Assembly (NCBI GenBank): GCA_963663225.1
Contig: OY760142.1
Span: 128,001 to 192,000 of the forward strand
Length of the DNA: 64,000 nucleotides
From: Nitrospirota bacterium
GTDB taxonomy: Bacteria; Nitrospirota; UBA9217
Reading direction: 5' to 3'
Part shown: positions 52,807-62,816 of the stretch, in pieces
How positions within the stretch are numbered: the first letter of the stretch is position 1
Layout of the letters: every line of letters begins with the position of its first letter
Notes under the pieces: generated by a model
The model's input: the letters and a program-made list of their open reading frames with translations, nothing else
The model's database searches: none
Told to the model about the DNA's origin: nothing
Made by a program: the position numbers and the translations under genes

Positions 52807-53835
52807 GTGATGCCCAGCATGGAAAAACTTTTTTTTTGTACTGATAAACAATTGCGCATTTGCACCTGGGAGCAGGAGATTGCCGAGTTCACCGGTCGGC
52901 CAGCGTCTTCTATTCTCGGCAATAAGTACTATGATGTTTTCCCACGGATTACCATCAAGAACAAAGACGCCCTTTCCCGGGTCATTCGAGAAGGAAAATC
53001 GCTCGCCCTCAAAAACTATTCTTTTCATTGTCTGTACGGCAACCTGAAATCCGACATAAGAATTAAACTGCTTACGGCCACCGCTGGAAAACCCACCCGT
53101 CTGAAAGTAACCATACAGCCTCATTCGACATGCGGAGTGGCGAAAAAGCTGCGCCAATCCAAAAAACTTATCGATATCGGAAAAATTGCCTCCACACTTG
53201 CTCACGGAGTGCGCAACCCGTTAAATGCCATAAAGGGTGCCGTCGTTTATCTGAGAGAAAAGTATTCAGGAGAGGACACTCTCGTTGAATTTACAAAAAT
53301 CATGGAAGAGGAGATTTCACGTCTCGAAATCTTTATTTCAAAATTTCTCAGTTCCTCCGTGTCTGAAACGGAAGTCATTGAAACAGACATTAATGCACTG
53401 CTGAAGAAAATTGAGGTATTTACCTCTCTGCAGATATACACGAGGAATATTCAGTCGAACTACGAGTTTGGCAGTGTCCCTCCCATAACCATCAACTCCT
53501 TTCATCTGGAGCAGGCTATCCTGAATGTCATTAACAATGCAATCGAAGCAATGAAGGGTGGAGGCCAGCTTTCCGTAAAAACGTTTACGGCAGAGCGCAG
53601 TAAAAAATACTATGTCGTGATATCCATAAGCGATACCGGCCCCGGGATATCCGACAAAAAGCTGGATGAGCTCAATTCAGAAGGCACCAATAACGGAAAA
53701 GGATTCGGCCTGTTCATTACGTACGAAATTCTCAGACACTATGGCGGCCACATAGAAATAGACAGCAAAAAGAATATCGGCACGACAATTACCCTCTTTG
53801 TTCCCTGTCAGCATGTGGCAAAGGAACTGCCGTGA
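52807..53835 (+). CDS. Cytoplasmic PAS-histidine kinase with atypical H-box (HG)
   Basis: LAHGVRNPLNAI, NNAIEAM, DTGPGI, GKGFGL; GTGA overlap with the next gene. Confidence 0.88.
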   Translation: MMPSMEKLFFCTDKQLRICTWEQEIAEFTGRPASSILGNKYYDVFPRITIKNKDALSRVIREGKSLALKNYSFHCLYGNLKSDIRIKLLTATAGKPTRLKVTIQPHSTCGVAKKLRQSKKLIDIGKIASTLAHGVRNPLNAIKGAVVYLREKYSGEDTLVEFTKIMEEEISRLEIFISKFLSSSVSETEVIETDINALLKKIEVFTSLQIYTRNIQSNYEFGSVPPITINSFHLEQAILNVINNAIEAMKGGGQLSVKTFTAERSKKYYVVISISDTGPGISDKKLDELNSEGTNNGKGFGLFITYEILRHYGGHIEIDSKKNIGTTITLFVPCQHVAKELP

Positions 53836-55172
53836 AAGACAGCAAAAAAGTGCTGATTGTTGATGACGAACCGAATGCCGTACGGGTCCTCTCCATGATT
53901 TTGAAAGAGGAAAACTATCAGGTCTTCGGCGCGTCAGACGTGGACAGCGCACTGGCCATTATCCGCAACCAGGACGTGGATGCGGTCATTACTGATTTGA
54001 AAATGCCTTCCAAGGATGGGTTCCAGCTTTTCGAGTACGTTTCCGCGCACTATCCCGATATGCCGGTGATGTTTCTAACGGCGTACGGCACCGTTGAATC
54101 AGCAGTGGATGCCATGCGAAGCGGCGCCTATCATTATTTCATCAAACCTCCCGATTATGCTCAGCTCAAAAGCGTTCTTGCGCGTGCCGTAGAGCAGCAC
54201 GCGGTAAAGAAAGAATTTGCGCTCCTGAAAAAAAATTCCGCGCAAAGCGATAAAATATACTCCATTATCGGGAAAACGCCCCCTATCATCGAGATCATTA
54301 AAACCATCGACACGGTCAAAGATACGGAAAGCAGCGTCCTCATCCAGGGTGAAACAGGAACGGGAAAAGAAGTGATTGCCGCTAATCTTCATTATCTCGG
54401 CAAACGCGCGCAGAAACCGTTTGTCGCGTTGAACTGCGCCGCAATACCCAAGGATCTCATGGAGTCAGAGCTTTTTGGATTTGAGAAGGGTGCGTTTACG
54501 GGGGCGTCCATGGCACGCGCCGGCAAATTTGAAGAGGCAGCGGAAGGGACGATTTTTCTCGACGAAATAGGCGAGTTGGAGCTCTCCGTCCAGGCGAAGC
54601 TGCTGCGGGTGTTGCAGGAACGGGAAGTGGAGCGGCTCGGCGCAAACAAGAAATTCAAAGTCAATTTCAGACTCATATCCTCCACGAACAGAGACCTGAA
54701 AAAAGAAGTCCGTGAAGGACGTTTCAGAGAAGATCTGTACTACCGGATCAACGTAATTCAGATAGAAGTACCGCCGCTTCGTGACCGAAAGCAGGATATT
54801 CCCCTGTTGGCGACCGAATTCCTGAACAGCTTCTCTCTGCGGGAAGACAGACCGTTCGTGCTCGATGATGATGTAAAAAAAGTTTTTCTGAATTATGATT
54901 GGCCGGGAAATGTTCGGCAACTCAAAAATGTTATTGAACGGGCAGTCGTTCTAGCACAAAGCGACCGCATAACGCTGCATGAACTGCCTGAGGAGTTCCT
55001 TATCCATTGCAACAAACCAAAGACTCCTGAAACGACAAAGACGCTCAAGGTTATCGAGCACCAGGCCATAAAAGACGCATTGCTTATGTGCAGCGGCAAT
55101 ATCTCTAAAGCGGCACGTCAACTCGGGATTTCTCGGAAGACGTTCTATAAAAGGCTGAAAGAAATCGAATAA
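53832..55172 (+). CDS. Sigma54-dependent NtrC-family response regulator
   Basis: VDDE, TDLKMP, GETGTGKE, GAFTGA, WPGNVRQL, Fis-type HTH. Confidence 0.96.
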   Translation: MKDSKKVLIVDDEPNAVRVLSMILKEENYQVFGASDVDSALAIIRNQDVDAVITDLKMPSKDGFQLFEYVSAHYPDMPVMFLTAYGTVESAVDAMRSGAYHYFIKPPDYAQLKSVLARAVEQHAVKKEFALLKKNSAQSDKIYSIIGKTPPIIEIIKTIDTVKDTESSVLIQGETGTGKEVIAANLHYLGKRAQKPFVALNCAAIPKDLMESELFGFEKGAFTGASMARAGKFEEAAEGTIFLDEIGELELSVQAKLLRVLQEREVERLGANKKFKVNFRLISSTNRDLKKEVREGRFREDLYYRINVIQIEVPPLRDRKQDIPLLATEFLNSFSLREDRPFVLDDDVKKVFLNYDWPGNVRQLKNVIERAVVLAQSDRITLHELPEEFLIHCNKPKTPETTKTLKVIEHQAIKDALLMCSGNISKAARQLGISRKTFYKRLKEIE

Positions 55173-55240
55173 GTACTTACCGAACCGCGCGTTCCCGTTC
55201 GGAACAAGTGCAAGTCAGGCTTGCAGCGGAGTAACCATAC

Positions 55241-57091
55241 GTGGAAAAAACCGATATATATAAGAAAAAATTTTCAATCCTCCAGGATCTTTCCAGCGCC
55301 ATTGTTATTTCAGATAATATCAACACGATAGCAAATCTCCTGCTTGATTTCGCCCTCAACTATACCAATGCAGAAAAAGGATCCCTTCTTCTGATAGCCG
55401 AACAGGACGAGCTGTCCATTCTTGCATCACGGGGAATGGATGACCGGATCGATACCAGCCGCAAAGTAAAAATCGGCACCGGAATCGCCGGCATGATAGC
55501 CAAAAACAAAACTCCTGTGCTGGTAGAGAACATCGAGAAAGAAAATAAATTTATACACTTTCGGCGCAATCGATACAAAACGAACTCCTTCATTTCCTGC
55601 CCTCTGGTCATCAACAACAAACTGCTCGGGCTGCTGAATATCAATGACAAGAAAGACGGGACCCCGTTCAACGTCGACGAATTCGAACTTTTGAAAACCC
55701 TTGCAAACCACGCTGCAATCGCCCTGGAAAACGTTTTTTTGCTGAATCAGCTGAAAGCAAAAGCGGCGGAGCTCGAAGAAGTAAACAAAAAACTTGTTGC
55801 AACCGATATTTTAAAAACCGAATTTCTCACACGAGTCTCTCACGAGCTGCGGACTCCTTTGAACTCCCTGAAAGGGGCAATTTATTTCCTGCAACACAGC
55901 GGAGCCATCGAAAAAAATGAGCAGCAGGAATTTCACGAAATCATCTCGGTGGAGACAAATAAACTTGTATCTATTGTGGAAAATCTCCTAAACTTCCTTC
56001 GTCTGGAAGATGAAACCAGAATAACCAAAAAAACGGTACTCGATCTCGGTGATATTTTCAAAGAGGTGCAGGAAACGAAATCGCTGACGACCCTCCTCTC
56101 GCGCAAGGATGTTCGGCTCACCATGGACGTGCACGGCAACCGCATCGATCTCATCGGCGACAGGATAAAAGTGATCCAATTCTTTACGAATTTAATCGCC
56201 GGAGTCTGTCCCTATCTCGAACGTGGCGACGCTGTTGAAATCATGGCGGCGGAAAACGGGCATATCACCATCTCTGTTTCTATTACCCGTCCGCTGCCGA
56301 AAGACGTCCTTTCCATTCTTGGAGACAGACGGTATGTTTTCCAGATTGAGCACCCCGAGGACCGCCTGAAGCTTTATCTTGCACGAAACATCATCGAAAC
56401 ACACCGATGGAATCTGTCCGCCGTCAACTCGGACTCGCTGTGCCAGATAACGCTTTCTATTCCGAAAAGCGTTCAACAGACAATCGATATTTATGTTGAT
56501 CAAAGTATGAATTCTTTTGTGGAGCTCATTTCCGAGCTGCTTGACATTAATATTTGCTCAGTTATGCTCAGCGATGATCTGACCAACGAATTGACGGTAA
56601 AAAGCGCGGTCGGCCTTGATGAAGACATCATTAAAAGCACACGAATAAAACTCGGTGACAAGATCGCCGGCTGGGTGGCTCTGGAAGGAAAGCCATTGTT
56701 TATTGAGAACATAGAAAATGACGCCCGTTTTGCGAAAACGAACGTCGCGCAATATACCACGAAGTCGCTGATGACGCTCCCGCTGAAAATAGGAGATCGC
56801 GTCATCGGTGTGTTGAACATGAACAATAAAAAGACGGCGGAAACGTTTTCAAAACATGATTATGACCTTGCTTCGCAACTGAGCCAGCAGATATCACGTT
56901 TCATTGAGTTGTTGCACTCGGACCGCCACAGCGAGGATGACTTTAAAAAATTCATATCCTCACTCGGAAGACTCCTTGATTCCGATCAATCCTATGCCGA
57001 AAAAAAGGCGCTTTTTACCGATTTTGCGGACAAAATTTTAAAAAGCTCCGCACCCATCATCAAACTTAAAAAATCCGGCCCGATTGCGTAA
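55241..57091 (+). CDS. GAF-HisKA-(degenerate HATPase)-GAF protein
   Basis: Two GAF domains (GIAGMIA...PVLVENI; KIAGWVA...PLFIENI) and SHELRTPLNSL; no N, G1 or G2 boxes. Confidence 0.85.
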   Translation: MEKTDIYKKKFSILQDLSSAIVISDNINTIANLLLDFALNYTNAEKGSLLLIAEQDELSILASRGMDDRIDTSRKVKIGTGIAGMIAKNKTPVLVENIEKENKFIHFRRNRYKTNSFISCPLVINNKLLGLLNINDKKDGTPFNVDEFELLKTLANHAAIALENVFLLNQLKAKAAELEEVNKKLVATDILKTEFLTRVSHELRTPLNSLKGAIYFLQHSGAIEKNEQQEFHEIISVETNKLVSIVENLLNFLRLEDETRITKKTVLDLGDIFKEVQETKSLTTLLSRKDVRLTMDVHGNRIDLIGDRIKVIQFFTNLIAGVCPYLERGDAVEIMAAENGHITISVSITRPLPKDVLSILGDRRYVFQIEHPEDRLKLYLARNIIETHRWNLSAVNSDSLCQITLSIPKSVQQTIDIYVDQSMNSFVELISELLDINICSVMLSDDLTNELTVKSAVGLDEDIIKSTRIKLGDKIAGWVALEGKPLFIENIENDARFAKTNVAQYTTKSLMTLPLKIGDRVIGVLNMNNKKTAETFSKHDYDLASQLSQQISRFIELLHSDRHSEDDFKKFISSLGRLLDSDQSYAEKKALFTDFADKILKSSAPIIKLKKSGPIA

Positions 57092-57201
57092 ACCACACTC
57101 TCTCTATCTTCTTCTTTACTCCATTGCAGAAAATCGGCAAAAAAAAGGAGCGTACATTGTACGCCCCTGACTATTTTTCTACCACTTATGAGCCGAATGT
57201 C

Positions 57202-58509
57202 TTATGCCCGCACTACATTGCCCTTATTCTTGATTTTGCTCGTCGCGTTTCTGGCATCTACAATCAGTGCGGAGTTTTGGACAAGGAATTCATAATCATA
57301 GGAAGAATGGTCTGTGGAAATCAGAACGCAGTCATATTGTTTTAGGGACTCCTTTGTCAAGGGAACTGAGTTCTTTTTAAGGTCATACATGCGCATCTTG
57401 TGCGTCTGCGGGACATAGGGGTCATTATAATCAACATCTGCTCCATGTTCCATAAGAAGCTCTATCAATTTCAAGGACGGCGATTCACGGACATCATCGA
57501 TATCTTTTTTGTATGCAAGCCCCAGAAGCAAAATCTTTGATGCTTTGATGCTTTTACCTCTTTCATTCAGCGCATGAATGACTTTTCCGATGACATAATA
57601 CGGCATGGACGTATTTATTTCACCGGCCAGTTCTATGAATTTCGTGTTGAAATCATATTCGCGCGCCTTCCAAGTGAGGTAAAATGGATCGATAGGAATA
57701 CAATGGCCGCCAAGCCCGGGTCCCGGGTAGAAAGCTTGAAAGCCGAATGGCTTGGTTTTTGCCGCTTCAATGACTTCACACACGTCGATCCCCATTCTGT
57801 CGAACAGGATTTTCAACTCGTTCACCAGCGCGATATTTACCGCCCGGTATATGTTTTCAAGCAGCTTTGCCGATTCCGCCACCTTGGTGGATGATACCGG
57901 CACGGTTTTTTCAACAATCGCACTGTATAATGCGTTCGCGTACTTCAGGCAATCTGCAGTATATCCACCGACCACCTTGGGTATCGTGCTGGTGGTAAAG
58001 TCCTTGTTATTCGGATCTTCACGCTCAGGTGAGAACGCTAGATAAAAGTCCTTTCCTGCTTTCATGCCTGTTTTTTCGAGTATGGCCCGCATGTCTTCAT
58101 CGGTTGTGCCGGGATATGTTGTCGATTCCAGGGAAATAAGCTGTCCTTTTTGCAAATATTGCGCTATGGTTGTTGTCGTATTGAATACATAGGAAAGATC
58201 CGGTTCACGCTGTTTGTTCAGCGGCGTAGGAACGCAGATGATAATGCAATCCACATCACGAAGCACGGAGAAATCCGTTGTTGCGTGAAAACGGTTGTTT
58301 TTTCTCAAAGCCGCCGTATGCTCGGAAGGAATGTGTTTTATATAAGACTTGCCTTCATTCAGCGACAATACTTTCTTTTCATCAAGATCAAATCCTATTA
58401 CATTGAACCCCTGCTTCTCGAACGCCATCACAAGAGGCAATCCTACATACCCCAGACCGATGACCCCCACCTTCGCTGTTTTTTCTTCAATTTTTTTTCC
58501 TAAATCCAT
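57202..58509 (-). CDS. Nucleotide-sugar (UDP-GlcNAc-type) 6-dehydrogenase, WbpA/WecC family
   Basis: GLGYVGLP, CVPTPL, ESTTYPGTT, SPERED, GGHCIPIDP, DVRESP. Confidence 0.93.
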   Translation of the reverse strand: MDLGKKIEEKTAKVGVIGLGYVGLPLVMAFEKQGFNVIGFDLDEKKVLSLNEGKSYIKHIPSEHTAALRKNNRFHATTDFSVLRDVDCIIICVPTPLNKQREPDLSYVFNTTTTIAQYLQKGQLISLESTTYPGTTDEDMRAILEKTGMKAGKDFYLAFSPEREDPNNKDFTTSTIPKVVGGYTADCLKYANALYSAIVEKTVPVSSTKVAESAKLLENIYRAVNIALVNELKILFDRMGIDVCEVIEAAKTKPFGFQAFYPGPGLGGHCIPIDPFYLTWKAREYDFNTKFIELAGEINTSMPYYVIGKVIHALNERGKSIKASKILLLGLAYKKDIDDVRESPSLKLIELLMEHGADVDYNDPYVPQTHKMRMYDLKKNSVPLTKESLKQYDCVLISTDHSSYDYEFLVQNSALIVDARNATSKIKNKGNVVRA

Positions 58510-58659
58510 GGATAGTACTCCTTTCCTTAATAACATCCGATTTGCCGGCATTCTGTTTGCCGAATGAATATCTATGATTCACGTACTCGCGCCTTGTCGG
58601 TAGTATGTGCAAAAGTTTTCAGTTTGATGACGCATTGTGTGAGGTATTTTGGTGAGTCG

Positions 58660-60120
58660 TTACCGTAAGCTGGATACAATGGAGCTTACCTGCTTCTCCA
58701 TCGAGCTTTTAATGGATTCCAAAGCTTCGGGGTCGCTTGCTTCGAAACGCATGACCAGAACCGGCTGCGTGTTTGAAGCCCGGATCAACCCCCATCCCTT
58801 GTCGAAAACGGCCCGCACGCCGTCGACCGTAATAACATCTTTGGGTTTCAGGGAAATATGCTGTCCATGGGAGAATATATCTTTTGCTTTTTCTACAACC
58901 TGGAATTTAATGGCATCAGAACAATCAAAGCGGATCTCCGGAGTATTATATGTCTTCGGCAAATCAGCTATCAAAGAACTGAGTGATGCCGTATCACCTC
59001 CAGCGGATTTCAGTTTCTTAACAATTTCCACCAGGCGGCAAGCAGCGTAAATTGCATCATCGTAGCCGAAATACCGGTCGGCGAAAAAGAGATGGCCGCT
59101 CATTTCACCGGCAAGCGCCGCATGCACTTCTTTCATTTTTGATTTGATCAGGGAGTGGCCCGTCTTCCACATGATGGCATTCCCGCCATGGGCGCGGATG
59201 TCATCATACATTGTCTGGGAGCATTTTACTTCGGACACAAAAACAGCACCCGGTCGGTCAAGCAGAATTGCGCGCGAAAAAATGACCATCAGTTGATCGC
59301 CCCACAGGATGCTTCCCGTTTCATCCACCACGCCGATTCTGTCGGAGTCACCGTCAAAGGCGATGCCCATATCAGCTTTCTCTCTGAGGACGGTGTCGAT
59401 CAACGTAGTGAGATTGTGTGGAATCGTGGGATCAGGATGATGGTTTGGAAATCTGCCGTCCGGTTCTGAAAATAACTCGATCACGTCACAGTTCATGCTG
59501 TGAATAAGTTCAGGAGCTGCAAGCCCGGCAGTTCCGTTCCCGGAATCAAGGACAATCTTCAGTCGTCTGCCCTGAATAGCGCTGAATTTATTTTTAAGAC
59601 AAGCGATATAATCCTGCAAAATAGGATGGTGCGATACCGTTCCCGCTTTTGGATTTCCATCGGTTGAACCGTTCGTCGACATTTGGCCGTCTTTTTTTGA
59701 GCGCCGAATATCGTCGGCATCTGTTTCCATAATCCTTCTCAGGTTCTGTATCTCTTCACCATAAATAGTATCCCTGCCAACACAGAGCTTGAACCCGTTG
59801 AATTCCGCTGGATTATGGCTTCCGGTAATCATGATGCCTGCGCCCGGGTTGAGATGATACAGTGAAAAATAAAGCGCAGGGGTTGGACAAAGGCCAAGAA
59901 CCGTGGCGTGCATTCCGGCCGCCGTGATTCCCCGGACAAGATCATCGCACAGCCTTGGAGAACTGGTACGGGCATCATATCCCACCGTAACCTCATTCAC
60001 GTTACGAGGTCTGAGATAAGCAGCAAACCCTCTTCCCAGAGATTCAATAACCGGAGAAGTCAGATCATGATCTGCAATCCCCCGGATGTCGTATTCCCTA
60101 AAAATATCGGTGTTAATCAT
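58660..60120 (-). CDS. Phosphomannomutase/phosphoglucomutase (AlgC/ManB)
   Basis: FREYDIRG, TGSHNP, FDGDSDR, GEMSGH, RASNTQP. Confidence 0.95.
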   Translation of the reverse strand: MINTDIFREYDIRGIADHDLTSPVIESLGRGFAAYLRPRNVNEVTVGYDARTSSPRLCDDLVRGITAAGMHATVLGLCPTPALYFSLYHLNPGAGIMITGSHNPAEFNGFKLCVGRDTIYGEEIQNLRRIMETDADDIRRSKKDGQMSTNGSTDGNPKAGTVSHHPILQDYIACLKNKFSAIQGRRLKIVLDSGNGTAGLAAPELIHSMNCDVIELFSEPDGRFPNHHPDPTIPHNLTTLIDTVLREKADMGIAFDGDSDRIGVVDETGSILWGDQLMVIFSRAILLDRPGAVFVSEVKCSQTMYDDIRAHGGNAIMWKTGHSLIKSKMKEVHAALAGEMSGHLFFADRYFGYDDAIYAACRLVEIVKKLKSAGGDTASLSSLIADLPKTYNTPEIRFDCSDAIKFQVVEKAKDIFSHGQHISLKPKDVITVDGVRAVFDKGWGLIRASNTQPVLVMRFEASDPEALESIKSSMEKQVSSIVSSLR

Positions 60121-60148
60121 CGTGCGTTTACGAATCCTTTAGTAAAAG

Positions 60149-61630
60149 TTATTCGGCGGCGGGAAGCTCGGGAAGGGAATTTCTCTTCTTGGCATCATGT
60201 CTGTTGTAGTCATCGTCAAAGCGGACAATATCGTCTTCTTCAAGATACTCTCCATTCTGGACTTCAATGATCTGGAGGGGTATTTTACCTTGGTTTTCGA
60301 GACGGTGTTTCGTGGAAATAGGAATATAGGTGCTTTCATTGGGGTGCACATCATAGACTTTATCCCCATTGGTGACCCGTGCCGTACCGGCGACAACAAC
60401 CCAATGCTCGCTCCGATGATGATGGAGCTGATAGGAAAGTTTCGCCCCCGGATAAATTTCTATGCGTTTTATTTTATACCGGTCGCCGCCTTCTAAAACC
60501 GTGTAGGAACCCCACGGCCGTTGAACAGTCCGGTGCACCAAGTGTTCATCCGCTTTGCGTTTTTTAAGTTCATCTACAACTTTTTTAACGTCCTGGGCCT
60601 TCTCCTTGCTGCACACGAGGGTCGCGTCCGGGGTGTCTACAACAACAGTATCCTTTAAACCAATGGTAGCAACCAGCCGTTTGTCAGCGTAGAGAATCGA
60701 ATTGCTGCTTCCGATATCGATGACATTGCCGGTCATAATATTTCCCGAGCGGTCTCTCTCGGAAACATCATCAAGGGCCGTCCAGCTACCCACGTCTGAC
60801 CAACCGATATCCGCTGGGATGACGGCCGCGTTATCTGTCTTTTCCATGACTGCGTAATCAATGGAAATAGCGTTTATTTTTTTGAACACTTCTGCTATAA
60901 CTTCCGACTCTTTGTCAGTGCCGATGTTTCTTTTGATTTCCATCAAGCCCTGGTAGAGATCCTTCTGGTACTTTTCGATTTCCTTAAGGAATGTTCTGAC
61001 TTTCCAAATAAAAATACCGCTGTTCCAGAAATAGCGTCCGCTTTTTAGATACTCCCGAGCAGTATCGATGTCCGGTTTCTCAACAAAGGCCTCAACCCTG
61101 TTGACATTAGCAGGCATCTGGTTTCCCGGCGATGCAGAAGACACACTGGTTCCCGCTTTAATATAACCGTACCCAGTCTCCGGCCGGTCAGGTTTGATGC
61201 CGAGCGTTACCAGAAAGTCCTGTTTAGCAGCCTCAGATGCTGTTTTGAGCAGATCCAGAAAAAGATCCGATTTGCTGATAATATGATCCGCAGCAAGAAC
61301 AACTATTATGGCGTTAGGATCTATGCGCTCCAGGTGAAGCGCTGCAAGACCCAGCGCTGGCGCCGTATTTTTTGCTTCCGGCTCAAGAATAAAATTGCCA
61401 TTCCAGGTACGGTTGAACTTTGTAGAAAGTTGCTGGTTAATGGAGTCCGCAAGTGAATGATTTGTTACTATAAAAACGTCCTCAATGCGAACCATCGGAA
61501 GAACGCGGCTTACTGTTTGGAGAATAAGGGAATCCTCACCACCGATCTTTAAAAGCTGCTTCGGCGTCTTCTCTCGTGAAAGAGGCCAGAAGCGTGTTCC
61601 AGAACCACCTGCCATAATGACAGCATACAT
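60149..61630 (-). CDS. manC: Mannose-1-phosphate guanylyltransferase / mannose-6-phosphate isomerase
   Basis: AGGSGTRFWPLSR, FVEKP, WNSGIF, SIDYAVME, cupin RPWG...HHRSEHW. Confidence 0.95.
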   Translation of the reverse strand: MYAVIMAGGSGTRFWPLSREKTPKQLLKIGGEDSLILQTVSRVLPMVRIEDVFIVTNHSLADSINQQLSTKFNRTWNGNFILEPEAKNTAPALGLAALHLERIDPNAIIVVLAADHIISKSDLFLDLLKTASEAAKQDFLVTLGIKPDRPETGYGYIKAGTSVSSASPGNQMPANVNRVEAFVEKPDIDTAREYLKSGRYFWNSGIFIWKVRTFLKEIEKYQKDLYQGLMEIKRNIGTDKESEVIAEVFKKINAISIDYAVMEKTDNAAVIPADIGWSDVGSWTALDDVSERDRSGNIMTGNVIDIGSSNSILYADKRLVATIGLKDTVVVDTPDATLVCSKEKAQDVKKVVDELKKRKADEHLVHRTVQRPWGSYTVLEGGDRYKIKRIEIYPGAKLSYQLHHHRSEHWVVVAGTARVTNGDKVYDVHPNESTYIPISTKHRLENQGKIPLQIIEVQNGEYLEEDDIVRFDDDYNRHDAKKRNSLPELPAAE

Positions 61631-61724
61631 TAACCGAACCATCCTTTTATTTTTTAATGAATTGCGAATTATCTCACAGGGGCATACGGCAGTCAATGCA
61701 ATTCAACAAACGAAGCCGCTGAGC

Positions 61725-62411
61725 TTAGAAGGAGATTGATTCAAATTCCGGTTTAAGCAAAATATGTTTATCTTTTAAAATCTGAATTTCACCGTTCCGC
61801 TGCCACTTATCAAGCACCCGGGTGACCGTTTCACGCGAAAGTCCGGTCATGTCCGCGATGTCCTGATGAATGAGTTTCACCTTCAAGACGACACCAATTG
61901 CATTCTTTTCCCCGTAGTTTTCAGACAGCATGAGAAAGAGCATCTTGATTCGTTGTGCGGCATTATTAAAGTTCAACATTTGTATTTTTTTGAGTGACTC
62001 ACGAAGCCGTGCACATAAAATATTCAGGAGATTATCGAGCACTCTGGACCTGCCATAGAGCAGCGAGTAGAAATCGCGCTTCGAAATAAGCGCAACAGCG
62101 GAGTTCTTTGTTGCATATATGGTCGCAGGAGCCGTTTTTCCATCAATCAGCGACAATTCTCCGAAAAAATCGCCCTGCTGATGCATTGTCACCAGTATTT
62201 CTTTTCCCTTTTCTGTCGTTTGAATCGCCTTTCCTTCGCCGTCAAGAATGATGTACATAAATTCATTGGTATTCTCTTCGCGTAAAATTATTTCATTCTT
62301 CCTGAAATTTTTAACAATAATCTTTTCCTGAACCAGGTGGAAATCCTCCGGAGTCAGCGAGTGAAAAAGCGGATTTTTTTTTAAAAAATCTATTCGATCG
62401 TATTTTCTCAA
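61725..62411 (-). CDS. Crp/Fnr family transcriptional regulator (CRP-type recognition helix)
   Basis: FFGELSLID cNMP-binding barrel; HQDIADMTGLSRETVTR HTH; no Fnr cysteines. Confidence 0.92.
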   Translation of the reverse strand: MRKYDRIDFLKKNPLFHSLTPEDFHLVQEKIIVKNFRKNEIILREENTNEFMYIILDGEGKAIQTTEKGKEILVTMHQQGDFFGELSLIDGKTAPATIYATKNSAVALISKRDFYSLLYGRSRVLDNLLNILCARLRESLKKIQMLNFNNAAQRIKMLFLMLSENYGEKNAIGVVLKVKLIHQDIADMTGLSRETVTRVLDKWQRNGEIQILKDKHILLKPEFESISF

Positions 62412-62633
62412 GTGGCACCCTACGGGAGAAAATTCATCAATCCAGCATAAGAAACCTCACTGGATTGCAGCTTTTTTAATTAACTGTAGCTTGTTGTTTT
62501 CTTAATTATATCGGGATTTTAATCTGATTGATACTTTTATTTTGCTTACTGCGAATATTAAAGCTTTACTTACTATACGTAGTTTGTATTAAGGCTGCTA
62601 CCACTTTTGAACGCTGAATAATATTTTCAAAGA

Positions 62634-62649
62634 CGTGATAAAAATCACA
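62634..62649. promoter_or_regulatory. CRP-type operator
   Basis: CGTGA-TAAAAA-TCACA (9/10 match to TGTGA-N6-TCACA), centred at -41.5 relative to a TATATT -10 box at 62671-62676. Confidence 0.7.
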
Positions 62650-62724
62650 GTTTTTTTTGTGCGTTTTGGGTATATTTAAGTTACTATATAATATATATTT
62701 AATTAAAATCTAGCGTCTTTTTCT

Positions 62725-62816
62725 TCTCTGCTCAGAGCAAACCAAGGGAAACCTTGGGACGCAAAGCAACGGGACTAATGATTTATAGACTTTCATGTCC
62801 GCCGAGCCGCCAGAGA
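62725..62816 (+). ncRNA. Cyclic dinucleotide riboswitch, c-di-GMP-I/GEMM-I family, A20 (cGAMP-type) variant
   Basis: P1 TCTCTG/CAGAGA; GCAAACC-AAGG-GAAA-CCTT-GGGACGCAAAGC core; CTAA...ATG tetraloop receptor in P3; A47 at 62763, C92 at 62810, position 20 is A at 62736. Confidence 0.9.
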
